Of a stretch of DNA of 64,000 bases, positions 17,763 to 26,294 are shown in pieces. Source of the stretch: Actinomycetota bacterium (lineage in GTDB: Bacteria; Actinomycetota; UBA4738; HRBIN12). Where the stretch lies: NCBI GenBank assembly GCA_040882605.1, contig JBBEAY010000023.1, positions 12,786 to 76,785 on the forward strand. The letters are read 5' to 3'. How positions within the stretch are numbered: the first letter of the stretch is position 1; the number at the start of each line of letters is the position of its first letter. A model generated the notes under the pieces. It was not told the origin of the DNA and ran no database searches. It was given only the letters and a program-made list of their open reading frames with translations. The translations under genes and the position numbers were made by a program.

Positions 17763-18935
17763 TCACCCACTCGGCGGCGCCGGGCCCGCTCGGTACCGCA
17801 CGCCGTTCGGCCGGGACCATCGGACGGTCATGTCGGGATCGAGCCTCAGCTTCCATCCACCCTCGTGCACGAGGCGGTGGTGGAAGCCGCAGAGCAGCAC
17901 GAGGTTCTCGAGATCGGTTCGGCCGCCTCGGGACCACCACCTGACGTGATGCGCGGCGGTGAACCGCCGTCTGCCGCAGCCGGGGAACCGGCACTCCCGG
18001 TCGCGGTGGCGCAGTGCGCGCACCATGGCGGCAGACGGGGTGCGGGTGAGCCTGCCGAGCCTGAGAGGGTTGCCGACTGCATCTTCTGTTACGACCTGGA
18101 GCCTCGAGTCACACGCCAGGCGCTGCACGGTCTCGGGTGTGATCACCGGACCGTCCTCGACCTCGCCGTTGGGAGCACCGGGAGCACCGGGAGCACCGGG
18201 AGCACCGGGAGCACCGGGCAGCGTCTCGAGCTTTGTGTGCACCACCACGGTGGCCCGATCCTGGTCGGGATCGGAGGAGATAGACCCTGAGCAGAGCATG
18301 ACGAGCGCATCGGCCCGTCGTGCATCGGCAGGGTAGGGGTGGTCGCTACCCGGGGTGAGCGGTATCGAGTCCGCGAGGTGACCGAGCGCCTTCGCCACGA
18401 CCGCTCCTTGGTCTGCGGGGAGCTCTGCCTCGAGACCGAACCGGGTGCCGTCGTCTGAGTACCACCAGCTCAGGGACCGCTCACGCTCTGCCGAGAGCGT
18501 CTCTTGACGCTCACGGCGGCGTTCGAGGTCACCCCGGCGCTTGATCGCACCTGAGGCTCGCTCGTAGGCCCATGAGATCAGGTCGGCTTCTGTCTCGGGG
18601 GTGGCGAACCGGGTGAGCTCGACCACCTTGTCGATACCGAGCTCTCCTGAGGTGAACGCCCGAGCCACCAGGGGCAGAGACTCGAGCGCTTCTGCGGCCC
18701 CGACCCAGCGCTCGGCCTTCCAGTTGGAGATGCCGTAGCGGATCGAGACCCACTGGGCGAGGCTCTGGGCGCCGTCTGCCCTCCATGCCTCACGGCGATC
18801 GATCTCTCGGAGCAGGGCGAACAGCTCGCGATGGGCTCTGCTCACGGTCGCGTTCAGCTGGTCGGCGCGGGCGATGAGGTCGTCATCGCTCGTCACCGGC
18901 GAACCCGGACCCGCGGTTTCCCTCAGCTCGAACAT
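17763..18935 (-). CDS. DUF222-domain HNH endonuclease (REP13E12-like family)
   Basis: The N-terminal DUF222 pattern (A.RAHRELFALL.EIDRREAW..DGA.S...W) and the C-terminal HNH motif (RDRECRFPGC...AHHV..W..GG.TDL.NL.LLC..HH..VH). Confidence 0.85.
   Translation of the reverse strand: MFELRETAGPGSPVTSDDDLIARADQLNATVSRAHRELFALLREIDRREAWRADGAQSLAQWVSIRYGISNWKAERWVGAAEALESLPLVARAFTSGELGIDKVVELTRFATPETEADLISWAYERASGAIKRRGDLERRRERQETLSAERERSLSWWYSDDGTRFGLEAELPADQGAVVAKALGHLADSIPLTPGSDHPYPADARRADALVMLCSGSISSDPDQDRATVVVHTKLETLPGAPGAPGAPGAPGAPNGEVEDGPVITPETVQRLACDSRLQVVTEDAVGNPLRLGRLTRTPSAAMVRALRHRDRECRFPGCGRRRFTAAHHVRWWSRGGRTDLENLVLLCGFHHRLVHEGGWKLRLDPDMTVRWSRPNGVRYRAGPAPPSG
18170..18214. repeat. Perfect 9-bp tandem repeat x5 (GGGAGCACC) inside the HNH gene
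   Basis: Read directly. It encodes (PGA)5 in the linker between the DUF222 and HNH regions. Confidence 0.9.
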
Positions 18936-18970
18936 GTGTCCGAACGTAGAGGAAACCGCACCTCGGTTCA

Positions 18971-18984
18971 GTGACGTGCGTCAC
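18971..18984. promoter_or_regulatory. Palindrome GTGAC-GTGC-GTCAC (GTGA-N6-TCAC, CRP/FNR-like core)
   Basis: Read directly, 35 nt upstream of the HNH start. A near-identical 16-mer lies at 27500-27515. Confidence 0.3.
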
Positions 18985-19046
18985 GTTCGCTGCTTGGTCG
19001 CGAGATTCTTTTTTCCGGTGGCACCGAGCTCGCGAGTCAAACGAGC

Positions 19047-19631
19047 TCAAATGAAGAGCGACACTGCGGCGTCGCGCATCTCGGCGATCGCGGTCGCCGC
19101 GCCGATCGGCTCCTCGAGCCCGTCGAGCAGATCCTCACGCTTGAGCCCCAGCAGGTCCATCGTCATCTGGCATGGGATGAGCCGCACGCCGAGCTCTTGT
19201 GCGGTCCCGATCAGCTCCTCAGGTTTGGCGACCTGGCGGTCGCCGGCGAGCTTCTTGAACATCGCGGGACCGGCGCCGGCGAAATTGTAGTGGGAGAGCT
19301 TCGCCTTCTGGGCCGAGCCCGGGTTCATGGCGCTCATCATCTTCTGCATCCAGTTGTCGCCGGTGATGCGCACGCCTGGCTTCACGATCGCGAAGAGCCC
19401 CCAGAACGTGAAGAACACGCTCGACTCCATGCCGCTCGCCGCCGCGGTGGTCGCGAGGATCGTCGTCGGCCAGATGCGATCGAGGTCGCCGCCCCACGCG
19501 ATGATCGTGAGCTTGTTCGTCTTCTTGACGGCGCCCTGCGACGCGGCTTCCAATGCTTCGATGCGTCGCAGCAGGTCGACATACGACGGCGCGTCGATGC
19601 GCTCGTCGGAGCCGAACACCTCGACGGCCAT
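19047..19631 (-). CDS. DsrE/DsrF-like (DrsE_2) sulfur-relay family protein
   Basis: 194 aa. KLTIIAWGGDLDRIWPTTILATTAAASGMESSVFFTFWG and the C-terminal IPCQMTMDL typical of DsrE-related proteins that pair with TusA. Confidence 0.7.
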   Translation of the reverse strand: MAVEVFGSDERIDAPSYVDLLRRIEALEAASQGAVKKTNKLTIIAWGGDLDRIWPTTILATTAAASGMESSVFFTFWGLFAIVKPGVRITGDNWMQKMMSAMNPGSAQKAKLSHYNFAGAGPAMFKKLAGDRQVAKPEELIGTAQELGVRLIPCQMTMDLLGLKREDLLDGLEEPIGAATAIAEMRDAAVSLFI

Positions 19632-19632
19632 G

Positions 19633-19884
19633 TCAGACCTTCCTGATCAGGTAGTGGAGCTCGCCGTCGGCCTCGCTCGACTCGAGCAGCTCGTTGCCGC
19701 TGATCTCGGCCCAGCTCGGCACATCGGACCGCGAGCCCGGGTCAGTCGCCAGCAGCTCGAAGAGGTCGCCACTCGCGGCTTCCCTCAGGGCTTTGGCGAG
19801 CGAGACGAGGGGGCCTGGGCAGGACTGCCCCCTGGCGTCGACAGTGACGGTGGTGGTGGAAGTCGTGGAAAAGGTCGAGGACAT
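19633..19884 (-). CDS. TusA-like sulfurtransferase
   Basis: Trimmed to the MSSTFSTT start. VDARGQSCPGPLV carries the CPxP active-site motif. 83 aa. It lies 1 nt upstream of the dsrE-like gene. Confidence 0.75.
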   Translation of the reverse strand: MSSTFSTTSTTTVTVDARGQSCPGPLVSLAKALREAASGDLFELLATDPGSRSDVPSWAEISGNELLESSEADGELHYLIRKV

Positions 19885-20014
19885 GGATGCACCTCCGGTG
19901 CGGATGATGGGACGAAGCGGAAGCGGAAGATACGCGGCGCTGAGGCCGTCCCTGCTCAGACGGAACAGCAGATGCGATCGGGGATCATGGCCCCCACGAT
20001 GCCGGCTGCTCGCG

Positions 20015-20029
20015 TGCAAATCATTTGCA
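20015..20029. promoter_or_regulatory. Palindrome TGCAAAT-C-ATTTGCA in the tusA / ABM divergent region
   Basis: Read directly. 7-bp perfect arms, AT-rich in a GC-rich spacer. Confidence 0.3.
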
Positions 20030-20131
20030 GGTGCAACAGCCTAGCCCAGACGGATGTTCCCAACAAGTGCCCATGTTTCGACGCCGAACCCATCGGGCAT
20101 GCAGGTGGCAGTCGAGGAAAGGGAGAAAGCG

Positions 20132-20434
20132 ATGGTTACCGTCGGTCTGTACGTTCCGCTGAAGGCGAAGCCCGGCAAGGAAGCAGAGGTCGAGGCGTTC
20201 CTCGAGGGGGGGCTCGCCCTCGTCAACGACGAGCCCGATACCACCGCCTGGTTCGCGATCCGTCTCTCAGAGTCCGACTTCGCGATCGTGGACTTCTTCC
20301 CGGATGATTCGGGACGTCAGGCGCACCTGTCCGGGAAGGTCGCCGAGGCCTTGATGGCACAGGCCGACGACCTGTTCGCCGTGCCGCCCGACATCCAGAA
20401 GGCCGACGTGATCGCTGCCAAGCTCCCCGGCTGA
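20132..20434 (+). CDS. ABM-domain (antibiotic biosynthesis monooxygenase-like) protein
   Basis: Trimmed to MVTVGLYVPLKAKPGKEAEVEAFL..., the ferredoxin-like ABM pattern. GGAAAGGGAG RBS upstream. Confidence 0.55.
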   Translation: MVTVGLYVPLKAKPGKEAEVEAFLEGGLALVNDEPDTTAWFAIRLSESDFAIVDFFPDDSGRQAHLSGKVAEALMAQADDLFAVPPDIQKADVIAAKLPG

Positions 20435-20451
20435 CCAGGGCGGCGCGAACG

Positions 20452-21291
20452 CTACTGTGCCGGCGGGGTCTGAAGGCAGCCTTCGGAGCGGCCGACGCGG
20501 CGTAAGCCTTCGATGTCTCCCGGGCCGAAGTCCGCGACGCCGCCACCCGAGGCATGCATGAGCTGACCTGATTCCTCGACGTGGTCAAGGCCCATCACAT
20601 GTCCCCATTCGTGCAGCACGACCGGGCCCTGGGCATCGGGCGAGTCGAATCCGGGCTCGTTGGGATCTTCGGCGTTGATCGCGATCCAGCCGCTCACGAT
20701 CACGTCGCTTCCCGGCGGAGTGAACGGCGCTGCGACGCCCGCCGCGATGTCGCCGTCGCTGAGGAACGAGACCGACGAAGAGTCAGGATCGACCCATGCC
20801 ACGAGCACTGGCGCCCATCGGTCGCCGTAGCGGTCTTCCTGCACCAGGTCGCGCTGCTTCTGGAGCACCTCGTCGGTGAGACCGTCGTAGGTGAAGCTGA
20901 TGCCGGTGGCCCTGGACATGCGCTGCACGGCTTCCTGCACGTCGCCGATCGACCGGGGCGGCGCTTCGGAGGCGTTCACCACGTAGTGCACGGGCTCGCA
21001 CGGGTTCCATCGCACGGGGTCGCCGCCGAAGCCTTGGGCGATGAACGCGTACTCGTCGCGATGCTCCGACGGGTCGTATCTGACGATGTACGACGTCGCG
21101 GCCGCTCCGACCATCATCACGATCGTGAGGATCGCGGAGCCGATCACCCACTTCGGGAAGCGTCGCCTCGGCGCAGGCTCGAACGGCGCCTTCAGCGGCG
21201 GCCAGGCCTGTGTCGCGAGGTCGGGACGGGGTGGAACCGGGGGAAGCGTGGCAGCCAGGGCAGGCTCCTCGTCGATGGCGGACGTACCCAT
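20452..21291 (-). CDS. Membrane-anchored matrixin-like (M10) zinc metalloprotease
   Basis: HEWGHVMGLDH (HExxHxxGxxH). N-terminal TM segment FPKWVIGSAILTIVMMVGAAA. Start set to MGTSAIDEE. Confidence 0.75.
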   Translation of the reverse strand: MGTSAIDEEPALAATLPPVPPRPDLATQAWPPLKAPFEPAPRRRFPKWVIGSAILTIVMMVGAAATSYIVRYDPSEHRDEYAFIAQGFGGDPVRWNPCEPVHYVVNASEAPPRSIGDVQEAVQRMSRATGISFTYDGLTDEVLQKQRDLVQEDRYGDRWAPVLVAWVDPDSSSVSFLSDGDIAAGVAAPFTPPGSDVIVSGWIAINAEDPNEPGFDSPDAQGPVVLHEWGHVMGLDHVEESGQLMHASGGGVADFGPGDIEGLRRVGRSEGCLQTPPAQ

Positions 21292-21384
21292 GCATCGTAG
21301 GGCAGTCGGCGCATCTTGAGGCCGGGGTGCTGCGTGACCGGGCGCGCCAGATGCCATCGTCGCGCCATCGGTAGCATCTCGGGC

Positions 21385-22941
21385 GTGATTGCCCCCCGCG
21401 GCGCCGTCGTGCTGGCCGCGCTCCTGATCGCCCTCGTGCCCGGCTCGACACAGCATGCCGTCGCTGCCCCCACGCTCACGGTCGACACGATGACGGACTC
21501 GTTCGACGGCTCGTGCGATGACGGCGACTGCTCGCTGCGCGACGCCGTGAAGAGCGCTCGGGGGGGTTGCGCGCATCGTGGTGCCGCCGGGCTTCTACCC
21601 GCTGGTGCTCACCGGCCCGGGTGGCGTCGGCGAGGGGTCGATCGAGCTTCGGCGCCGCGTCGAGATCGTCGGCGAGGGCGAGACGGGCGCCTTCATCGAT
21701 GCGACGACGCTCGGAGCGCCGGCGTTCACGATCGTCCCGAGGCGCGATGACGACGCGCGGTTCACGCTCGCGAACCTCACGGTGTTCGGGGCGCACGATG
21801 CGACGCTGATCGGCGGAGCCATCGACGTGCGAGGCGGCGCCCTTCGCATGCTCGATATGACGGTGACCGGGGGGCTCGCCGATCATGGAGGCGGCATCGC
21901 GGTCGCTGCCGGCGCCCGACTGCGCCTCGTCGACTCGCTCGTCATCGGGAACGAGGCCGCTACAAGCGGAGGCGGCATCTGGAACGAGGGGGTGCTCGTC
22001 GCTGCGCGATCGACGGTCGCGAACAACCGCGCGAGTAACGGCGGTGGAATCTGGTCGGGGCAGGGATCGGCCACCTCACTCGAGAGCTCCACGATCGCCG
22101 AGAACACGGCTGCGGGCGAGGGTGGCGGGCTGTGGCTCGGCGCGCCCGCTGAGATCGCTGCGACCACCGTCGGCGACAACGAAGCTGCAACCGGTGGTGG
22201 CGTGTTCATCTCACCCGGCTCGACCGGCGACGTCGAGGCCGAGCGCTCGATCGTCGCAGCCAACCGAGCCGAGGGCGGGGGGCAATGCAACGGTGTGCTG
22301 CAGAGCCTCGGGGGCAACGTCGACCAAGGGCATCGGTGCGGCTTCGACTCGGCAAGCGACCTCCGAGACACCGACGCGCGGCTGCGACGGCTGGGACCGA
22401 ACGGGGGACCGACGCCCACGATGCCATCTCGCCCCGGAGCCCGGCGGCCGACCTCGCCGGCGACTGCGCCCGGCGCGATCGCGCCGGGCGCGACCAGCGA
22501 GGGGCGCCACGCGATCGTCGGTGCGACGCCGGCGCGTATGAGGTGGCGCGCTGTCTCGGCCGGATCGTGAACATCGTCGGCACGCCCGGTGATGACGAGC
22601 TGAGCGGCGGACGCGGCCCCGACGCCTTTATCGGCCTGGGCGGGAACGACGAGTTCCAGGGCTCGATCGGCGCCGATCGAGCGTGCGGCGGGACCGGTGA
22701 CGACCTGCTGATCGCGGGGCCGGGCGATGACCGCTTCCATGGGGAAGCCGGCAACGACCGCCTCAGGGGCGAGTCGGGCGGCGATGTGTTGTACGGGGGA
22801 CCTGGACGTGACCGGCTCTCCGGTGGCCCGGGTGATGACGCGTGCGAGGCCGCCGTGCGCGACCGGCGAGCGCGAGGGTGCGAGACCTACTTCAAGAGGG
22901 CGGCTCGGCTCACGCCGGACCATCCACGCGGTCCTACTTGA
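21385..22941 (+). pseudogene. Secreted right-handed beta-helix protein (CSLRDA-type N-terminus) with C-terminal RTX-like GGxGxD repeats, interrupted by two frameshifts
   Basis: Three collinear pieces. (1) Signal peptide plus DGSCDDGDCSLRDAVKSA in frame 1. (2) The beta-helix with repeated GGGIW/GGGLW units in frame 2 (21578-22570). (3) CDAGAYEV plus GGRGPDAFIGLGGNDEF...GGPGDD back in frame 1 (to 22941). The shifts are at the G7 run 21560-21566 and at ~22415-22417. Confidence 0.65.
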
Positions 22942-23386
22942 CCCGGCGCCGGCGCTCTGGTGGCCAGTAGACGAGCAACACCTCCGCCTTCAGCGCGCCG
23001 GCGCGCACGGGGCCGAACTGGCGCGAGTCGGTCGACGCCGGCGCGTAGTCGCCCTCGATCCAGAGCTCGTCGTCACCGAGCATGCGGTCTGCCACACGGT
23101 CGCCCGGAAGACCCACGAGTCGCTTGACCATCTCGTAGCCGGGGAGGTCTGGGTGCTCGACCACCACGACATCGCCGCGCGCGTATCGTGCAGGAGTGGC
23201 GGCGAGCGCCCAATCCCCCGGCGCGAGCGTCGGCGCCATCGATCCGCCCTTGATCTCGACACGCGAAGGCTTGAAGCGCAAGCATGCCCACGCGACCCCG
23301 GCAACCGCGACCACCGTCGCACTGGCGCCGGCGATCCGCCTTCGACCTCGGTGGTAGGTTTCAGCCGAAGCGGAAGCGGAGACCAT
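22934..23386 (-). CDS. sodX: Nickel-type superoxide dismutase maturation protease (S26 family)
   Basis: GGSMAPTL (Ser) and VKRLVGLPGD (Lys) signal-peptidase motifs. About 150 aa. Divergent from sodN, as in Streptomyces. Confidence 0.8.
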   Translation of the reverse strand: MVSASASAETYHRGRRRIAGASATVVAVAGVAWACLRFKPSRVEIKGGSMAPTLAPGDWALAATPARYARGDVVVVEHPDLPGYEMVKRLVGLPGDRVADRMLGDDELWIEGDYAPASTDSRQFGPVRAGALKAEVLLVYWPPERRRRVK

Positions 23387-23444
23387 TCCGGCATCGCCGC
23401 CGACATCGGCGGAACGATCCGTTCCACCAGAAGGAGGGGGATCC

Positions 23445-23870
23445 ATGGGTTCCATGCTCGAAGCATTCCTCAAGCCTCGTCGCGGCGTCCACGCCCACTG
23501 CGACGTGCCGTGCGGTGTGTACGACCCCGCGCAGGCCCGCATCGAGGCCGAGTCGGTCAAGGCCATCCAGGAGCGTCTGGCCGATCCGGAGGGCAAGAAG
23601 TCCGCGACCGAGACCGCCGAGGAGTTCCGCGAGCGCTGCATCTTCATCAAGGAGCAGCGCGCCGACCTCGTGAAGCAGCACCTGTGGGTGCTGTGGACCG
23701 ACTACTTCAAGCCCGAGCACCTCGAGAAGTACTCGGACCTGCACGACAAGTTCTGGAACGCCACGAAGCTCGCCGGGGCGTCGAAGAAATCGAGTGACCC
23801 CGCGCAGGGTCAGAAGCTGCTCGACGCGGTCGACGAGATCAGCAAGATTTTCTGGGAGACCAAGAGCTAG
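23445..23870 (+). CDS. sodN: Nickel-containing superoxide dismutase precursor
   Basis: The pro-peptide is followed by the HCDVPCGVYDPA nickel hook. GGAGGGGG RBS. An alternative start is the second Met at 23454. Confidence 0.9.
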   Translation: MGSMLEAFLKPRRGVHAHCDVPCGVYDPAQARIEAESVKAIQERLADPEGKKSATETAEEFRERCIFIKEQRADLVKQHLWVLWTDYFKPEHLEKYSDLHDKFWNATKLAGASKKSSDPAQGQKLLDAVDEISKIFWETKS

Positions 23871-23912
23871 GGCCAAGAACTAGACAAAGGGCTCAGCAGA
23901 GAGCTAGGAGAG

Positions 23913-23949
23913 CCGGCGGGCCGGGGCCGTCGGATCCCCGGCCCGCCGG
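23913..23949 (+). terminator. Perfect 14-bp GC hairpin downstream of sodN
   Basis: CCGGCGGGCCGGGG-(9 nt)-CCCCGGCCCGCCGG, 43 nt after the stop. No U-tail, which is common in high-GC actinobacteria. Confidence 0.55.
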
Positions 23950-24273
23950 ACGATGCGCCCCCTCTGAGTGGCGCACATCTGCGCCGCTTTCGAGTTGCGA
24001 CATCTGAGCCAGGCCTGGTCGAACCTACCCCGTCCGGCTCCCGGGCGACGATCAGCCCGAGAACGGACCCGGCGGAACGGAGTGGGTCTGGCGGCACTCC
24101 GCCCCGCCCGGTCTTGCAGGAAGCATCGGCTCTCGAGCGCGTTGCGGCGCATGGGACCAAGGGCGATTCGTGTGGGTCGAAGGGCCGAAGCACTTCGGCC
24201 GTTCGTTCGTCCCCGGCCCTCGCGTTCCGGGCGATCGTAGGGCGTCGGAAGCCCCCTGCTAGGCTCGCCGATC

Positions 24274-25254
24274 GTGAAGGACGTCGGTCTGGTCGGGGTT
24301 GCGTACAGCGGTAAGTCAACGCTGTTCACCGCGCTCACGCGCGCCGGATCGCACGGTGGACAAGCCAACGTCGCCGTCGTATCCGTGCCCGACGACCGCC
24401 TGCAGGTGCTCACCGACATGGAGCGCTCGCCCAAGACCGTCGCCGCGCAGGTGCGATTCATCGACGTGCCAGGTGGGGTCTCGAGCGCCCAAGGGATCGC
24501 AAAGCTCCGCGAGGTCGAGGCGCTCGCGGTCGTGCTTCGGTGCTTCGGCGCCGATGCGACGCCGGCCGACGAGCTCGAGTCGGTGCGCGCCGAGATGCTG
24601 CTCGCCGACCTGGGCGTGATCGAGAACGCGCTCGAGAAGGCAGAGAAGAAGGCGCGGCGCCAGCCGGGCGCCGAGGTCGACGCGCTACGCCGAGCGAAGG
24701 AAGCGCTTGAGGCCGAGACCCCGCTGCGAGACGCCAAGCTCGAGGATGACGACGTGGCCCTGCTCCGCGGCATCGCGCCGCTGACCCTGAAGCCCGAGGT
24801 GGTCGTGGCCAACCTCGAGGAAGGTCTCGAGGTGCCGGCGGCACTAGCCAACGCCGGGGCCGTCGGCGTGTACGCCTCGATCGAAGCCGAGACCGCCGAG
24901 ATGGACGCCGACGAGGCCCGCGCGCTGCTCGAGGAGTTCGGCGTGTCGCAGCCCGGCCTCGAGACCGTGATCGAGGCGAGCTACCGAGCGCTCGACCTGA
25001 TCACGTTCCTCACGACCGGCGACGACGAGACCCGGGCGTGGGAGGTTCGTCGCGGCGCGAAGGCCCCCGAGGCGGCCGGCGTGATCCACACCGACCTCGA
25101 GCGAGGGTTCATCCGCGCTGAGGTGATCGGCTACGACGAGCTGGTCGCCGCGGGCTCCATGGAAGCCGCGAAGTCAACCGGCAAGCTCCGCGTCGAAGGC
25201 AAGGACTACGAGGTGGCGGAGGGTGACATCCTCCACGTGCGATTCGCGGTGTAG
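24274..25254 (+). CDS. ychF: YchF/Obg-like ATPase (short, divergent G1)
   Basis: GTG start. GVAYSGKSTLFTALT P-loop and a C-terminal TGS-like domain (RAWEVRRGAKAPEAAGVIHTDLERGFIRAEV...KDYEVAEGDILHVRF). Confidence 0.8.
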   Translation: MKDVGLVGVAYSGKSTLFTALTRAGSHGGQANVAVVSVPDDRLQVLTDMERSPKTVAAQVRFIDVPGGVSSAQGIAKLREVEALAVVLRCFGADATPADELESVRAEMLLADLGVIENALEKAEKKARRQPGAEVDALRRAKEALEAETPLRDAKLEDDDVALLRGIAPLTLKPEVVVANLEEGLEVPAALANAGAVGVYASIEAETAEMDADEARALLEEFGVSQPGLETVIEASYRALDLITFLTTGDDETRAWEVRRGAKAPEAAGVIHTDLERGFIRAEVIGYDELVAAGSMEAAKSTGKLRVEGKDYEVAEGDILHVRFAV

Positions 25255-25268
25255 CCGTCTAACGCTGG

Positions 25269-26294
25269 TCAACCAGCGAGCGTGACGTTGCGCACCTCGA
25301 CGTCCTCGAACACCCGCGCGAAGAGTTCCGAGCCGGGTTCGAAGTACACGTGGATCCGCATCATCTCGCCGGGGTCGCACCACGAGGCGAAGTCGCGCGA
25401 TATGTCCACGTGAACCCCCCCGATCTCTTTGGTTCCATCGTCGGGCTCGTTGTCACACGGACCGGGCCACATCTGGATGAACCCCCTCGGACTCAGCCCG
25501 CCGAAGTCGACCTCTGGTCCTTCAGGCGGACCGAACGCATCCTCAGGCAACGCCACCGAAGGCGGACCGTCGAGCACGAGCCACCCGTCGTCAGTCACTT
25601 CCCCGCGGAGGTTCTGCGCGCACGCCTCGCGGTCGGGTTGCGGCGACACGCCGTTTCGGTACTGATAGAGGTCGACCGTCCAAGGACCGAAGTGAAAGAT
25701 CAAGAAGTCAATGCCACCCGTCCCCTTGGCGCCTCGCCACAGCGACACCGGTTCCCCGTTGGCGCCCACGAACGTCTCGAGCGGCTCACCGTCGTACTGC
25801 GCGCCATATGGGTCGTAGTGGTGGAAGCCGAAGTCGTGACCACACCCGACCCAGTACGGGCGAGCGCCCATGCCGGCGATGTCGAGCGACGGCGGGTACG
25901 TGATCTCCGCGGTCGATCCATCCGGGAGCGTGATAGGCAACACGATCATGCCGCCCTCCTCGTAGGTGGAGGGAACGAAGGCCTCGTAGTCCTCGACCAC
26001 AGGCATGGGCGAACTGGCCGCCGAAGGAGCAGTCTCACTCTCCGGAGAAGGGTCCGCGGGCCAAGCATTGTCGATGGCCGGACCCGCCGGGGTGCCGCCA
26101 CTCCTGAACGCCTGCCAGCCGAACGCGCCGGCGGCGGCGAACACGCCGAACGCCACGATGCCTGCAACGACGCGCTGCCGTGGCGGTGGCAGTCCGTCAC
26201 CGCCGGGAGCGCGGGACTCTGCTCGCTGCCAGCCGTCGGCCGGCGGCTCGATCCCTCGCAGCTTCCGAAGCTGCTTCTGCCAGCGTTCGGTCAT
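25269..26294 (-). CDS. Single-pass membrane protein co-transcribed with ECF sigma (possible anti-sigma/partner), function unknown
   Basis: 341 aa. Short cytoplasmic N-terminus, TM segment VVAGIVAFGVFAAAGAFGW, and a large extracytoplasmic domain. 4-nt overlap with the sigma gene. Confidence 0.5.
   Translation of the reverse strand: MTERWQKQLRKLRGIEPPADGWQRAESRAPGGDGLPPPRQRVVAGIVAFGVFAAAGAFGWQAFRSGGTPAGPAIDNAWPADPSPESETAPSAASSPMPVVEDYEAFVPSTYEEGGMIVLPITLPDGSTAEITYPPSLDIAGMGARPYWVGCGHDFGFHHYDPYGAQYDGEPLETFVGANGEPVSLWRGAKGTGGIDFLIFHFGPWTVDLYQYRNGVSPQPDREACAQNLRGEVTDDGWLVLDGPPSVALPEDAFGPPEGPEVDFGGLSPRGFIQMWPGPCDNEPDDGTKEIGGVHVDISRDFASWCDPGEMMRIHVYFEPGSELFARVFEDVEVRNVTLAG

Noticed and set aside
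18170-18214. Collagen-like (G-X-Y) repeat or separate mobile element in the HNH gene
   Set aside because: There are only five PGA triplets inside a linker. No integrase, transposase, terminal repeats or att-like duplications flank the gene, so I do not call a mobile element.
21560-21566. Programmed phase variation at the G7 tract
   Set aside because: A second, compensating frameshift 860 nt downstream is also needed to restore the protein. Simple on/off slippage at G7 therefore cannot by itself give a functional product. It is left as a possibility to test, not a claim.
23904-24851. 315-aa minus-strand ORF across the sodN-ychF spacer and ychF
   Set aside because: It is a Ser/Arg/Ala-rich shadow of ychF. 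The portion in the spacer has no start context or coding bias.
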